From assembly GCA_002427535.1 (NCBI GenBank), contig DIRK01000047.1, forward strand, positions 1,267-65,266: a DNA stretch of 64,000 bases. Reading direction: 5' to 3'. The translations under genes were made by a program, and so were the position numbers. This document shows, one piece after another, positions 20,085 to 29,917 of this stretch. This stretch comes from Mageeibacillus sp. UBA5438. Lineage in GTDB: Bacteria > Bacillota > Clostridia > Saccharofermentanales > DTU023. Position 1 is the stretch's first letter. Every line of letters begins with the position of its first letter. The notes beneath the pieces are model-generated. The model saw only the letters and a program-made list of their open reading frames with translations, was not told the DNA's origin and did no database searches.

Positions 20085-20438
20085 TTACTGGCCGAATCCG
20101 AATTCCGCGATTTCCGTTTTGTAACGTTTGGCGCTTGTGCCCGTTTTGCCGCCCGGGAGCGCGTACTCGCCGACTTCGGGATCAAGATCGATCGTCACGA
20201 CCGCCTTTTTCCACGAAGATGTGCGTCCGCTCGTCTTGCCCATACGGCGCTTTTTCCCAATCAGGTGCATCGTATTGACTTTTTTGACCTTGACGCCAAA
20301 AAGCAGTTCACAAGCTTTGCCAATTTCCGTCTTCGTCGCATGCTTGGCCACGACAAAGGTATATTTCCCGAGCATTGTATCTTCCATACTCTGCTCTGTA
20401 ATAATCGGTTTCAGGATGATATCATGCGGATCTTTCAT
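20085..20438 (-). CDS. rplW: 50S ribosomal protein L23
   Basis: 117 aa with IILKPIITEQS and KYTFVVAKHATKTEI motifs. About 20 aa longer than typical at the C-terminus. Confidence 0.93.
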   Translation of the reverse strand: MKDPHDIILKPIITEQSMEDTMLGKYTFVVAKHATKTEIGKACELLFGVKVKKVNTMHLIGKKRRMGKTSGRTSSWKKAVVTIDLDPEVGEYALPGGKTGTSAKRYKTEIAEFGFGQ

Positions 20439-21058
20439 GACGCGTAGACCTCCTCCAAAGTTTCAATCGCTTCACGTGTCGCGATCATGCGGTCATACTT
20501 CATAAGATCAAGCACTGACAACGCGTTCACGGGAGCTGTCTTCACATCCGGCAGATTGCGGGCCGATCTGACCACGCTTTCATTTTTACCGGCAGTGACA
20601 ATGAGCGCACTGGTGTCGGCACCGATATTCTTCAGCACGTCGGCCATGACACGTGTCTTACCGTTCTCAATCGTCAGCTCGTCGAGCACGACCAGTTTTT
20701 CATTTCCCGCCTTAGACGACAGCATGGACAATAACGCCAAGCGTCGCAGCTTCCTCGGCAGGCGCACGCGGTAAGAACGCGGAGCAGGTCCGAAGACCAC
20801 GCCGCCGCCCACATGGTTCGGCGAGCGGGTTGAGCCCTGACGGGCACGTCCCGTTCCTTTTTGGCGGAAAGGCTTCCTGCCGCCGCCACGCACTTCACTT
20901 CTGCCCTTCGCCTTATGCGTCCCCTGACGCTTGTTGGCCTGTTGGGCAATCATTACGCGGTAGACCGCGTCTTCGTTGGGTTCAATCGCGAAGATCTCGT
21001 CTGAAAGATCCATGGATCCGACGACATCACCGCTCATGTTATATACATCGAGTTGCAT
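20435..21058 (-). CDS. rplD: 50S ribosomal protein L4
   Basis: Start at the internal Met (MQLDVYNMSG) 10 nt after the rplC stop. Contains the RGGGRKPFRQKGTGRARQGS motif. The longer track ORF overlaps rplC. Confidence 0.94.
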   Translation of the reverse strand: MQLDVYNMSGDVVGSMDLSDEIFAIEPNEDAVYRVMIAQQANKRQGTHKAKGRSEVRGGGRKPFRQKGTGRARQGSTRSPNHVGGGVVFGPAPRSYRVRLPRKLRRLALLSMLSSKAGNEKLVVLDELTIENGKTRVMADVLKNIGADTSALIVTAGKNESVVRSARNLPDVKTAPVNALSVLDLMKYDRMIATREAIETLEEVYAS

Positions 21059-21068
21059 AAGTCCCCTC

Positions 21069-21695
21069 CTACGCCTTTGCCTTGACGGTTGTCTTGATTT
21101 CAACAAGACCGCCTTTCGGTCCGGGAACCGCGCCTTTGACAACGAGGAAATGACGCTCACCATCGACCTGAACGACGTCCAGATTCTGTACGGTGACGCG
21201 CTTATATCCCAATTGTCCCGGCAATTTTTTACCCTTAAATACCCTTCCGGGTGTCGCGGCCGAGCTCATCGGACCCGCTTTTCTGTGGTATTTGGAGCCG
21301 TGCGAAGAAGGACCGCGGCGCATGCCGTGACGGCGGATACCGCCCTGGTATCCCTTACCCTTCGAGGTGCCGGTAACGTCCACCGCATCACCGACTTCAA
21401 ACATCTCGCTGACCGCGATTGTCTGACCGGTTTCAAACGCGTCGGTCGTGTGGAATTCACGAATCACGCGCATGGGGTTGACGCCTATTTTTTCGAACTG
21501 CCCTTTGTGCGGACGGTTGCCCTTTTTTGTTTCTTCATAACCGACACGAACTGCCTGGTAGCCTTCCTTTTCAACGGTCTTGTTTTGAATGACCGTGAGA
21601 GGGCCGCAGGCGATGACGGTCACGGGGATTGCGAGCCCGTTTTCGTCGAAGATCTGTGTCATCCCGGCTTTACGGCCGAGCATGAATTTCGCCAT
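21069..21695 (-). CDS. rplC: 50S ribosomal protein L3
   Basis: 208 aa with [15 protein letters not shown]-terminus and [12 protein letters not shown] motif. Confidence 0.97.
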   Translation of the reverse strand: MAKFMLGRKAGMTQIFDENGLAIPVTVIACGPLTVIQNKTVEKEGYQAVRVGYEETKKGNRPHKGQFEKIGVNPMRVIREFHTTDAFETGQTIAVSEMFEVGDAVDVTGTSKGKGYQGGIRRHGMRRGPSSHGSKYHRKAGPMSSAATPGRVFKGKKLPGQLGYKRVTVQNLDVVQVDGERHFLVVKGAVPGPKGGLVEIKTTVKAKA

Positions 21696-21753
21696 GTCAT
21701 AACCTCCTGAGTTATTGGTTTACTTTCGCAAACATTGACCCGTTTTTGATGGG

Positions 21754-22065
21754 TTACAGTTTGATCTCAATGTTGACGCCAGCCGGCATTTCAAGACGCA
21801 TAAGCGCCTCAACCGTTTTGGCCGTCGGTGCCAGAATATCGATCAAACGCTTGTGTGTCCTGATCTCAAACTGCTCACGCGCATCCTTATGCTTATGAGG
21901 CGAACGCAAGATCGTGATGATCTCCTTCTCCGTCGGGAGCGGGATCGGACCTGAGACACTGGCGCCTGTTCGTTCCGCTGTGCTGACGATGCGTCTGGCA
22001 CTGTCATCTAATACGCGGGAGTCAAACGCTTTCAATCGTATTCTGATTTTTTGGTTTACAGCCAT
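21754..22065 (-). CDS. rpsJ: 30S ribosomal protein S10
   Basis: 103 aa with [10 protein letters not shown] and GPIPLPTEK motifs. First gene of the r-protein operon. Confidence 0.97.
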   Translation of the reverse strand: MAVNQKIRIRLKAFDSRVLDDSARRIVSTAERTGASVSGPIPLPTEKEIITILRSPHKHKDAREQFEIRTHKRLIDILAPTAKTVEALMRLEMPAGVNIEIKL

Positions 22066-22320
22066 TCCTTTTATTCCTCCTGCTGTCTGCTTTCATAATC
22101 ACTATGGTCTCGGGCGTGTCAATCTTTACCAATTGAATTCCCAGTCATCTGTCTTCGTTTACAAACGCTGGGATCCCACTGCCAAGGGATTTTGCGCCCG
22201 GTATCATGTCCGGACTTCTCGGATGAAGTTCCCTTCCTGTTTGCAGTGAACCTGGAAGCAATCTCCATCGTCATCGCTATATTTCGCGCACACGAGGGTG
22301 CGCAAAAAGGCGCGACTAGG

Positions 22321-22349
22321 AGTATACAACACGGAACTTAAGATTGCAA
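22321..22349 (-). promoter_or_regulatory. candidate sigma-A promoter of the S10 operon
   Basis: Minus strand reads TTGCAA-N17-TATACT (22349..22344 and 22326..22321), 7 nt below the upstream gene's stop. Implies a ~250-nt leader before rpsJ. Confidence 0.45.
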
Positions 22350-22355
22350 GCTTCG

Positions 22356-23780
22356 TTACTTGACCTTCGTTTTCAAAAGATCCAATGCTTTTTGAAGCTG
22401 TGTATCTTCTTCTAAAGTCCGCTGATTCGGCGCTTTCACTTCCACTTCAGGCGCCAACAGAATGTCGTAGTCGGGGACGAGACCCACCTCCTCAACCGAC
22501 TCACCGTTGGGGAGGAAATATTCAAATCCCGTGATCTGGATCGCCGAGCGGTCAGACAGCTGCCAGGTCATGGTCCCGACGCCCTTGCCGTACGACTGTT
22601 CACCGACAATCACGGCGCCGGCCAGATCGCGCATCGCGCCTGAGAAAAGTTCGCTCGCGCTGGCCGAGTAGCGGTTCAGCAAGATGACAAAGCGCATATC
22701 CTCCGGGACCAATGCCGCAGTCCTCGTTTTCCACTCATCCTTGTAATCTTTACCATCCTCCCGGCCTTCGATGGTCGCAACGGTTGCGGGAGGCAGCAAG
22801 ACATCGAGCATGTTGACACATTCATGCGCATAGCCACCGCCGTTGTTACGCAGGTCAATGACCAGATGTTGGGCACCCTGATCCATAAGATCCAGTACGG
22901 CATTTTCAAAGTTTTCTGCCGCGTGATCTGAAAACTCAGTCATATGGATATAACCGATGCCCGTATCAAGCATCCGGTAGCGCACTGAGACGTTCGTAAT
23001 GCCGCGCCTGATAATGCGAAGCGTCACTTCACGATCCTCGACAGGTCGGTACAATACGAGCGTAACCGCCGTCCCCTCCTCACCCCGGACAAAGGCGGCC
23101 AGTTCGTTCACATCTTCAAAGTTGGACACATCGTGGCCGTCCACCTTGACAAAGATATCGCCGACATAGAGCCCTGCGGATTCCGCGGGACTATCGGGGA
23201 TAATGTCATTCACGACGAAGACACCGTCGCGGTCACGCATGACAATGGCGCCGATCCCGACATACTCACCACTCATAGAGTCTTCCACCGCATCGTGGTA
23301 CTCAGGCGTCAGATAGAAGGTATAAGGGCTCCCCATCTCATTGATAAGGCCCTCGGTCATCTTTTGGATCATCTCGGCGTCGCTGAAAGCTTGGTAATAG
23401 TTATCCTGCAGCAGGTTGTAGACCGTTGAGAACTTATCGAGTGCTTCCTCAATGCCCTCATCATCGGTGAAGGTGAGCGTCCGCTTATCCTCCCCCGTGT
23501 CGATCCCCGAAGGTTTCTCGGCATCTGTCTCACCAGGCTCTGACCCCAAAGAGTTCTCAATACCCTTCCGGACCGCGTCACCATAAAAGATATAACCGGC
23601 CGCGGCGGTCAAGACGAAGGTCAAGGACGCCGTGAGCAGGATGGCAAGGAAAACGGGCCAGAACAGCTTTCGCTTCTGAGCGCTCGGGGAGGCAGGAGCC
23701 AGTGGCTCGGGCATTTCCTGGCGATGCAGGTAATGATTGCCGCCTTCCGGTTGATTTGGATCATTATTTTGTGTGTACAT
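22356..23780 (-). CDS. S41-family C-terminal processing peptidase (CtpA/Tsp-like) with N-terminal membrane anchor and PDZ domain
   Basis: 474 aa. TM segment LFWPVFLAILLTASLTFVLTAAAG, PDZ-like PAESAGLYVGDIFVKVDG, and catalytic context RNNGGGY and ASASELFSGA. Confidence 0.85.
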   Translation of the reverse strand: MYTQNNDPNQPEGGNHYLHRQEMPEPLAPASPSAQKRKLFWPVFLAILLTASLTFVLTAAAGYIFYGDAVRKGIENSLGSEPGETDAEKPSGIDTGEDKRTLTFTDDEGIEEALDKFSTVYNLLQDNYYQAFSDAEMIQKMTEGLINEMGSPYTFYLTPEYHDAVEDSMSGEYVGIGAIVMRDRDGVFVVNDIIPDSPAESAGLYVGDIFVKVDGHDVSNFEDVNELAAFVRGEEGTAVTLVLYRPVEDREVTLRIIRRGITNVSVRYRMLDTGIGYIHMTEFSDHAAENFENAVLDLMDQGAQHLVIDLRNNGGGYAHECVNMLDVLLPPATVATIEGREDGKDYKDEWKTRTAALVPEDMRFVILLNRYSASASELFSGAMRDLAGAVIVGEQSYGKGVGTMTWQLSDRSAIQITGFEYFLPNGESVEEVGLVPDYDILLAPEVEVKAPNQRTLEEDTQLQKALDLLKTKVK

Positions 23781-23884
23781 CGATTCAAACCTCCAACGGT
23801 CGAAAAACTCCGGCCGCGATTATTTCAAGGAAAGTTCCGTCGGAACCGCCTCTTATCATACTACAAAGCGAAAGATGGAACGAT

Positions 23885-25054
23885 TTAGCGGCGGCGAAAA
23901 TAGTTCAAAGGATCTTTTGGCACGCCATTGACCCGTATCTCAAAATGAAGATGGGGTCCCGAAGACCGCCCGGTGTTACCCGTGTACCCCACGACCTGCC
24001 CCGCGGTCACGCGCTGACCGATGTAACTGTTAAAGCCGTTCAAATGACCGTAGCGCGTCTGGTAGCCGTTATCGTGATTGATGACAATCATCTTCCCGTA
24101 AGCCCAATGATACGCCGTCCCGGGCCAACCGACATAGGTGACAACGCCGTCGGCCATGGCGACGATGCGGGAGCCCACAGGTGCCGCAACATCTGTCCCG
24201 TAGTGATAGCGGCCGTATTTGGCCCGCCAGCCAAACACGGATGTAACATTGCTGTGGTCCGGCAAAGGCCAGCGGAACATATGCGTCCCCACCCAGCCGG
24301 TGTTGGCAGCACCGGGGGTGCTCGGCGTCGAAGGGGGAGGGGCCGTTAGCGCCTGCTGCTCTCGGGCCAGTTGCGCTTCTTTTTGACGCGTTATTTCCAA
24401 AGAGGCGGCAATATCCTTTAATTCTTGCTCGGCGACCGATACCTGCTCTTTAATATCCTCCATAGCCCGGTCGGCCTGCTCCACCAAGGCAATCATCTCG
24501 GAGTACTGATCTTCCGCTTCTTCTTTCAACTGGCTGGCCAAGATCGAGGCTTCTTCTAAGTCGTGCAAAGCCTGTTCATCCGCGTCCGTGACCACTTTCA
24601 TGAAACGGAGTGTTGTAAAAAATCCTTGGAGGCTTTCAGACGACAACAACAACTCAATAAGCGATAAGCGATTCCAGGCGTACATCATGGCGACGCGCTC
24701 TTCATATTGGATGAGCTTCGCCTCATAGTCAGCCTGGGCGATATCGGCCGCCTCCTGATTCATCTCCAAGACCATCAAGGCCGCTTCCTTTTGTTGGAGG
24801 GCGTCCTCATAGACAGCGCGCTGCTCTTTCGATCTTGATTCAAGGTAGGCGAGTTCGCCCGACAGTTTTGTCTTTTGATCCGCGAGCTGATTGCGCTTGC
24901 TCCTCACATCCGCCAGTTCCTTTTGGATGTTCTGTAGCGATTGCGCGGCCATGACCGCGTTCGACGGCAGTAAAAAGGGCAGAACGATAAACATCGCCAT
25001 AAGCAAGGCGGCGCTTCTCAATGTCATTCGCATACGATGTCTTTTTTTCACCAA
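23885..25054 (-). CDS. M23/LytM-family peptidoglycan endopeptidase with N-terminal coiled coil (EnvC/PcsB-like architecture)
   Basis: 389 aa. Signal/TM, then ~230 aa of heptad-like Q/E/L/A-rich sequence, then a LytM domain with intact HYGTD (HxxxD) and GPHLHFE (HxH) metal ligands. Confidence 0.85.
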   Translation of the reverse strand: MVKKRHRMRMTLRSAALLMAMFIVLPFLLPSNAVMAAQSLQNIQKELADVRSKRNQLADQKTKLSGELAYLESRSKEQRAVYEDALQQKEAALMVLEMNQEAADIAQADYEAKLIQYEERVAMMYAWNRLSLIELLLSSESLQGFFTTLRFMKVVTDADEQALHDLEEASILASQLKEEAEDQYSEMIALVEQADRAMEDIKEQVSVAEQELKDIAASLEITRQKEAQLAREQQALTAPPPSTPSTPGAANTGWVGTHMFRWPLPDHSNVTSVFGWRAKYGRYHYGTDVAAPVGSRIVAMADGVVTYVGWPGTAYHWAYGKMIVINHDNGYQTRYGHLNGFNSYIGQRVTAGQVVGYTGNTGRSSGPHLHFEIRVNGVPKDPLNYFRRR

Positions 25055-25076
25055 CGCGGCATCCCCCTGTACCTTA

Positions 25077-25976
25077 TTACACGCGTGCGTATTTTCTGAC
25101 GGACACAGCGCTCACGAGCACACATAGCAAAATGCCCACGGCCAAGTTCAACAAGAAGAGCGTTTGCGTCACCTCTGAAGCAGGCAGGAGCAAAAATTCA
25201 GACACTCCTGTGGCCGTCGGGTCGGGATTTAACCGGACGACAAGACGTCCGTAAATAAAGGACGCCAAAATACTTGCCACAAGAGCTCCGCCCAGGCCGA
25301 TGATCGCGCCCTCGATGATGAAAGGCGTGCGGATGAATGCGTTCGTGGACCCCACATACTTCATGACATTGATTTCACGGCTCCTTGAGAGCACGGCAAT
25401 CCTGACCGTATTCGACACCACCACACCGGCGGTAACAGTGAGGATGCAAAAGACAATAATCCCCACTTTTCTCGTCCAATTTCGTACGCTGTCAAGCAGT
25501 GACATGAGGTGCGATTCCATCAGGACCTCATTCACCATATGGTACTCTTCAACTTCTTCTTGAAAGGTAGAGGCATAGGATGGATCTTCAAGCCTCAGGT
25601 TAAAAGTGTAGGGAATGGAACGTTTGTAATCGAAATCTTCCCAGAGTTCGTCTTTTCCGATCTCTTGTTTAAAGCGATTGAAGTTCTCCTCAGGGGTCGA
25701 CATTTGCAACTCCTGTACATACGGGTGATTGGACAAAAAATCGATGACGGTTGTAATCTCTTCAGCCGATGAGCCCACCTTCATGGACACTTCAATCGGG
25801 GGTTGCTGGGCGGCGACTTCCGAGAGGTGATTCGCATTCATAGAAACCGCCACAAAGGCACTCATCAAGAAAAGCATCAGGGCCAACGTCGTCACGGCGG
25901 CCACCGATAAAAGCGGGTGCCGGATGAGCCCGTTGATGCCCGCTTTTGTCGCGTAACGCCACTCGTTAACTTTCAT
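25077..25976 (-). CDS. ftsX: cell division ABC transporter permease FtsX
   Basis: 299 aa. Four-TM FtsX topology with a large first extracellular loop. Overlaps the ftsE 3' end by 11 nt. Confidence 0.88.
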   Translation of the reverse strand: MKVNEWRYATKAGINGLIRHPLLSVAAVTTLALMLFLMSAFVAVSMNANHLSEVAAQQPPIEVSMKVGSSAEEITTVIDFLSNHPYVQELQMSTPEENFNRFKQEIGKDELWEDFDYKRSIPYTFNLRLEDPSYASTFQEEVEEYHMVNEVLMESHLMSLLDSVRNWTRKVGIIVFCILTVTAGVVVSNTVRIAVLSRSREINVMKYVGSTNAFIRTPFIIEGAIIGLGGALVASILASFIYGRLVVRLNPDPTATGVSEFLLLPASEVTQTLFLLNLAVGILLCVLVSAVSVRKYARV

Positions 25977-26964
25977 CGTCTTCGCTTTCCTTTAACCGAA
26001 TCACAGGCACACGTCCCGTGCGCGATAGCGTCTCTTCATCCGTCTGCCGGCTTCGCCTGGCGGAGACATTTTTTCTTAATTCGGTGTAAAAATCGTCACG
26101 CTTCACCGTATCACGCATTTTTTGCGCGCGGCGGTCAATGCGATCGCCGTTTTCATCGCGAAACTGACGCAGCGCGTCACGGCCCTCTTCGAGTTCTTCG
26201 TGAATGATCCGGGCCTGTTCCTCATGATCCAAAGCGCAGATCTCCCGGGCAAAGCGACCGTTTCTGCGCTCACTTTCTAAAATATAAAGTCCCTCGGCGT
26301 CATCGCGCACAAGCACGCCGTCGCAGATCTCAATCACGCGACGGTTCATGCGGTCCACAATGTCGCGGTCGTGGGTGCAGGTGATCACTGTTGTCCCGTT
26401 CTCACGGTTAATGCGCTCGAGCAAGGCCATGATCGCCTCGCCGTTCACAGGATCCAGGTCGCCTGTCGGTTCATCGGCGATGATGAGCCTGGGTTTATTG
26501 ACCAGGGAGCGGGCAATGCATACACGCTGTTGCTCACCACCTGACAGTTGGGTCGGGTAGTGACTCATCTTACGGCGCAGTCCGACAATCGATAAGACAA
26601 GCGGGACACGCTGTTTAATTTTTTTGGGGGATTCCCCGATCATTTCCATCGCGAGCGCGACATTTTCACCGACCGTCAAGGTATCGATCAGCCGGAAATC
26701 CTGAAAAATCATGCCGATCTTGCGGCGGAGGTAGGGAATGCGCCGGTCTTCGAGCTGCGCCAGATCAAAGCCCTCGACGGACACGCGCCCCGCGGTCGGG
26801 TTTTCTTCGCGCGTTAAAAGTCGAAATACCGTTGATTTGCCGGCGCCGCTCTCGCCGATCAGGAAGACAAATTCGCCCTCCCCAATGGAAAATGAGATAT
26901 CATGCAGCGCAAGCGTACCGTTCGGGTAAGTCTTGCTGACATTCTCAAAGGTAATATAGCCCAT
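25966..26964 (-). CDS. ftsE: cell division ATP-binding protein FtsE with ~100-aa charged C-terminal extension
   Basis: MGYITFENVSKTY, GESGAGKST, LSGGEQQR and IIADEPTGDLD motifs. The ABC domain ends near residue 230 and the frame continues for ~100 Arg/Glu/Asp-rich residues. Confidence 0.88.
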   Translation of the reverse strand: MGYITFENVSKTYPNGTLALHDISFSIGEGEFVFLIGESGAGKSTVFRLLTREENPTAGRVSVEGFDLAQLEDRRIPYLRRKIGMIFQDFRLIDTLTVGENVALAMEMIGESPKKIKQRVPLVLSIVGLRRKMSHYPTQLSGGEQQRVCIARSLVNKPRLIIADEPTGDLDPVNGEAIMALLERINRENGTTVITCTHDRDIVDRMNRRVIEICDGVLVRDDAEGLYILESERRNGRFAREICALDHEEQARIIHEELEEGRDALRQFRDENGDRIDRRAQKMRDTVKRDDFYTELRKNVSARRSRQTDEETLSRTGRVPVIRLKESEDDES

Positions 26965-28070
26965 TACTGCCTTTTCGCTTTTTGATCTTCCACATAGGCC
27001 AGATAGTCGCGCACCATGTCCGCCAGCTTGAACAGGACGGCGTCTTCAAAGTTGCGCAGATCAAGCCCTGTGATTTTCTCCACTTTATCCAATCGGTAAA
27101 CAAGTGTATTTCGATGGACGAATAACTGTCTGGAGGTTTCACTGCCATTCAGGTTGTTCTCGAAAAACTTGTTGATGGTTCCCATCGTCACCGGGTCTAA
27201 AGCCTCATAGGTGCCCGGTTCAAACACTTCGCGCAAAAAGAGTTCGCAAAGCGTGATCGGAAGCTGGTAAATGAGACGGCCCAGGCCCAGTCTTTCGTAA
27301 CGCATGACCGGCATTTCTTCGCCCTGGAAAATCTCGCCGACAATGAGCGCGATCGATGCTTCCTGATAAGCCTTGGCGGTCTCGGTCAGATTCGACGCCG
27401 TCATGCTGACGCCAATCTTGACATCGACCATCGCGCTTTCTTTCAAGATGTTGGCAAGCGCCAGCAAGGATTCATCAAGACCCTCAATGTTCTCATCGGT
27501 GGCTTCGATCATGATGACAATATTCTCTTCGTCAACCGGGAGGATATAATCATCCGGGCGACCGCTAAATTGCTGTTCTAATGTTTCCAAAACCGCCTTG
27601 AATTCTTCCGGTTTAAAGTGAAGCAACAGCACCACACGCCGCTCGGCGTAGCGGATTTTAAATTCGCGCGCTTTCAAAGGGATATCGCCGGGAAGTTCAT
27701 TTTCCAAAAGGACGTTCTTTAAGAACATCGCCTTGTGCTCGATCTGCCGTGTTTCGCGTTCCTCACTCTTACATTGCTCTGCCATCATCCAGCGCGACAG
27801 AAGTTCCACATAAGCGCGCGCGATGTCATCGGTGCCCTCAACAAAACAAATAGCAAGGTTGCCGTCGTTTTGCTCCGTCACCCTGTATGTCATGTTGCCG
27901 GCGGTAGCTAAGGTATCCCCGGAGGCTAACAGCGCTCTTACAGCGGGATCCTGTCCACCGATCAGCTGCTCATCCGAGGCGACCAGTACGATCCCCTGAC
28001 CGTCTGTGACGCCGATCACCCGGTTCAGGCTTGAGGCCATCTCCATTAGTGCTTGTTGAATCTGATCCAT
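26964..28070 (-). CDS. PucR/CdaR-family transcriptional regulator
   Basis: 368 aa. C-terminal HTH SETSRQLFVHRNTLVYRLDKVEKITGLDL is typical of PucR_C. Its stop overlaps the ftsE ATG (TAATG). Confidence 0.75.
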   Translation of the reverse strand: MDQIQQALMEMASSLNRVIGVTDGQGIVLVASDEQLIGGQDPAVRALLASGDTLATAGNMTYRVTEQNDGNLAICFVEGTDDIARAYVELLSRWMMAEQCKSEERETRQIEHKAMFLKNVLLENELPGDIPLKAREFKIRYAERRVVLLLHFKPEEFKAVLETLEQQFSGRPDDYILPVDEENIVIMIEATDENIEGLDESLLALANILKESAMVDVKIGVSMTASNLTETAKAYQEASIALIVGEIFQGEEMPVMRYERLGLGRLIYQLPITLCELFLREVFEPGTYEALDPVTMGTINKFFENNLNGSETSRQLFVHRNTLVYRLDKVEKITGLDLRNFEDAVLFKLADMVRDYLAYVEDQKAKRQ

Positions 28071-28131
28071 TTTTATTTATCCCCACTTTCAGGCTTATAC
28101 CGCGACATCCCGGCGCGCTTGTAATTTTTTT

Positions 28132-29811
28132 TTAGAACAATCCGGAAATTTTCCCGCTCTCATCCACGTCGATCTTCTCCGCGGAAGGCACTTTCGGCAA
28201 TCCCGGCATGGTCATGACGTCACCCGTCAGGGCGACAATGAATCCGGCTCCTGCCGAAGCTTTTAGGTTACGTACCGTGATGCGGAAATCTTTCGGAACA
28301 CCGATCATTTTCGGGTCATCCGCAAAAGAATACTGTGTTTTGGCGATGCAGACGGGCAACTTGCCAAAGCCATTGTCCTCTAACACCTTCAACTGTTTCA
28401 CCGCGGGGCCCACAAAGTCGACACCGTCCGCGCGGTACACACGCTTGGCGATCGCTTCAATTTTCTCGCGGATTGTCGTGTCTTCACCGTAGACAAATCC
28501 AAGATCGCCCTGGCTGGGCAGTTCACAAAGGCGAATGACCTCTTCGGCCAGTTCAACACCGCCTTCTCCACCCTTGCCCCACACTTCTGACAGAGCTACA
28601 TGGACACCTTGTTTTTCACATTCTTCACGGACCAGTTCAAGTTCCGCTTCAGTGTCGTCGGGGAAGCGGTTAATAGCCACCACGACCGGGCGGTTAAAGA
28701 CATCGATGACATTTCGCACGTGCTGAGTCAGGTTGTCCATTCCGGCCGCCAAGGCTTCAAGGTTCTCTTCTTTCAGGTCTGCTTTTGCCACACCGCCATG
28801 CATCTTCAATGCGCGGACAGTCGCGACCAAAACAACCGCGCTCGGATCGAGACCCGTTGCGCGGCACTTAATGTCAATGAATTTCTCAGCGCCGAGATCC
28901 GCGCCAAAACCCGCCTCTGTAATGAGGTAGTCTGCGTGCACCAAACCCATGGTGGTCGCAAGCACGCTGTTACAGCCGTGCGCAATGTTCGCGAAAGGTC
29001 CGCCGTGCACATAGGCAGGGGTTCCTTCGAGTGTCTGGACCAAGTTCGGTTGCAAGGCATCCTTTAAGAGCGCGGCCATGGCGCCGTTCGCCTTCAGATC
29101 ACTTGCGAGCACCGGCTCACCGCTGTACGAATAGCCGATGACGATGCGCCCCAAGCGCTCTTTTAGATCGGTAATTGAGGTGGAAAGGCAGAAAACCGCC
29201 ATCACCTCAGAGGCGACCGTAATCTCAAAGCCGTCCTCACGCGGTGTCCCGTTCACACGCCCGCCAAGACCGTCCACGATAAATCGAAGCTGGCGGTCAT
29301 TCATGTCAACCGCACGTTTCCAAGTAATCTGACGCGGGTCAATATTGAGCGCATTGCCTTGTTGTATATGGTTATCGATCAAGGCCGCCAAAAGGTTGTT
29401 AGCCGCACCGATCGCGTGGAAATCTCCTGTAAAGTGAAGGTTCAAATCCTCCATCGGAACGACCTGTGCGTAGCCGCCTCCGGCCGCGCCCCCCTTGATC
29501 CCGAACACGGGACCCATCGAGGGCTCACGGAGCGCCAGGGTACAGCTTTTACCCAAGCGGGTCATGGCATCGGCAAGCCCGATCGTCGTCGTGGTTTTTC
29601 CCTCACCTGCCGGCGTCGGCGTAATGGCCGTCACCAGAACCAATTTTCCCTGTTTGTTCTCATTATCACTAAGCGCGTCAAGGGATACTTTCGCCTTGTA
29701 GCGCCCATAATATTCAAGATATTTCTCGTCGATTCCGGCCCTTTTCGCGATTTCGCTGATGGGTCGCAACTTTGCCTCCTGCGCGATTTCGATGTCTGAC
29801 TTAAAACTCAT
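28132..29811 (-). CDS. fhs: formate--tetrahydrofolate ligase
   Basis: 559 aa with [10 protein letters not shown]-terminus, [17 protein letters not shown]-loop and [16 protein letters not shown] motif. Confidence 0.96.
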   Translation of the reverse strand: MSFKSDIEIAQEAKLRPISEIAKRAGIDEKYLEYYGRYKAKVSLDALSDNENKQGKLVLVTAITPTPAGEGKTTTTIGLADAMTRLGKSCTLALREPSMGPVFGIKGGAAGGGYAQVVPMEDLNLHFTGDFHAIGAANNLLAALIDNHIQQGNALNIDPRQITWKRAVDMNDRQLRFIVDGLGGRVNGTPREDGFEITVASEVMAVFCLSTSITDLKERLGRIVIGYSYSGEPVLASDLKANGAMAALLKDALQPNLVQTLEGTPAYVHGGPFANIAHGCNSVLATTMGLVHADYLITEAGFGADLGAEKFIDIKCRATGLDPSAVVLVATVRALKMHGGVAKADLKEENLEALAAGMDNLTQHVRNVIDVFNRPVVVAINRFPDDTEAELELVREECEKQGVHVALSEVWGKGGEGGVELAEEVIRLCELPSQGDLGFVYGEDTTIREKIEAIAKRVYRADGVDFVGPAVKQLKVLEDNGFGKLPVCIAKTQYSFADDPKMIGVPKDFRITVRNLKASAGAGFIVALTGDVMTMPGLPKVPSAEKIDVDESGKISGLF

Positions 29812-29891
29812 GATGATCCTCCCAATAACACACCTAAGGCGTGTCTATTATCAGCCCGTTCGTTAAGACACAGGCATTTTACCAAGATAAG

Positions 29892-29911
29892 GGGCGGTTC
29901 AAACACCGCCC
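29892..29911 (-). terminator. possible weak terminator hairpin after the Crp/Fnr gene
   Basis: GGGCGGT-gtttga-ACCGCCC stem 7 nt after the stop at 29918. Downstream sequence CTTATCTTGG is only partly U-rich. Confidence 0.3.
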
Positions 29912-29917
29912 GAGAAG

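Noticed and set aside
22286-22308. Hairpin GCGCAC-acgagg-GTGCGC plus an A-run as a terminator for the S41 protease gene.
   Set aside because: On the minus strand the U-run precedes rather than follows the stem, and the element lies downstream of the predicted S10 promoter. It is more likely a 5'-proximal leader hairpin.
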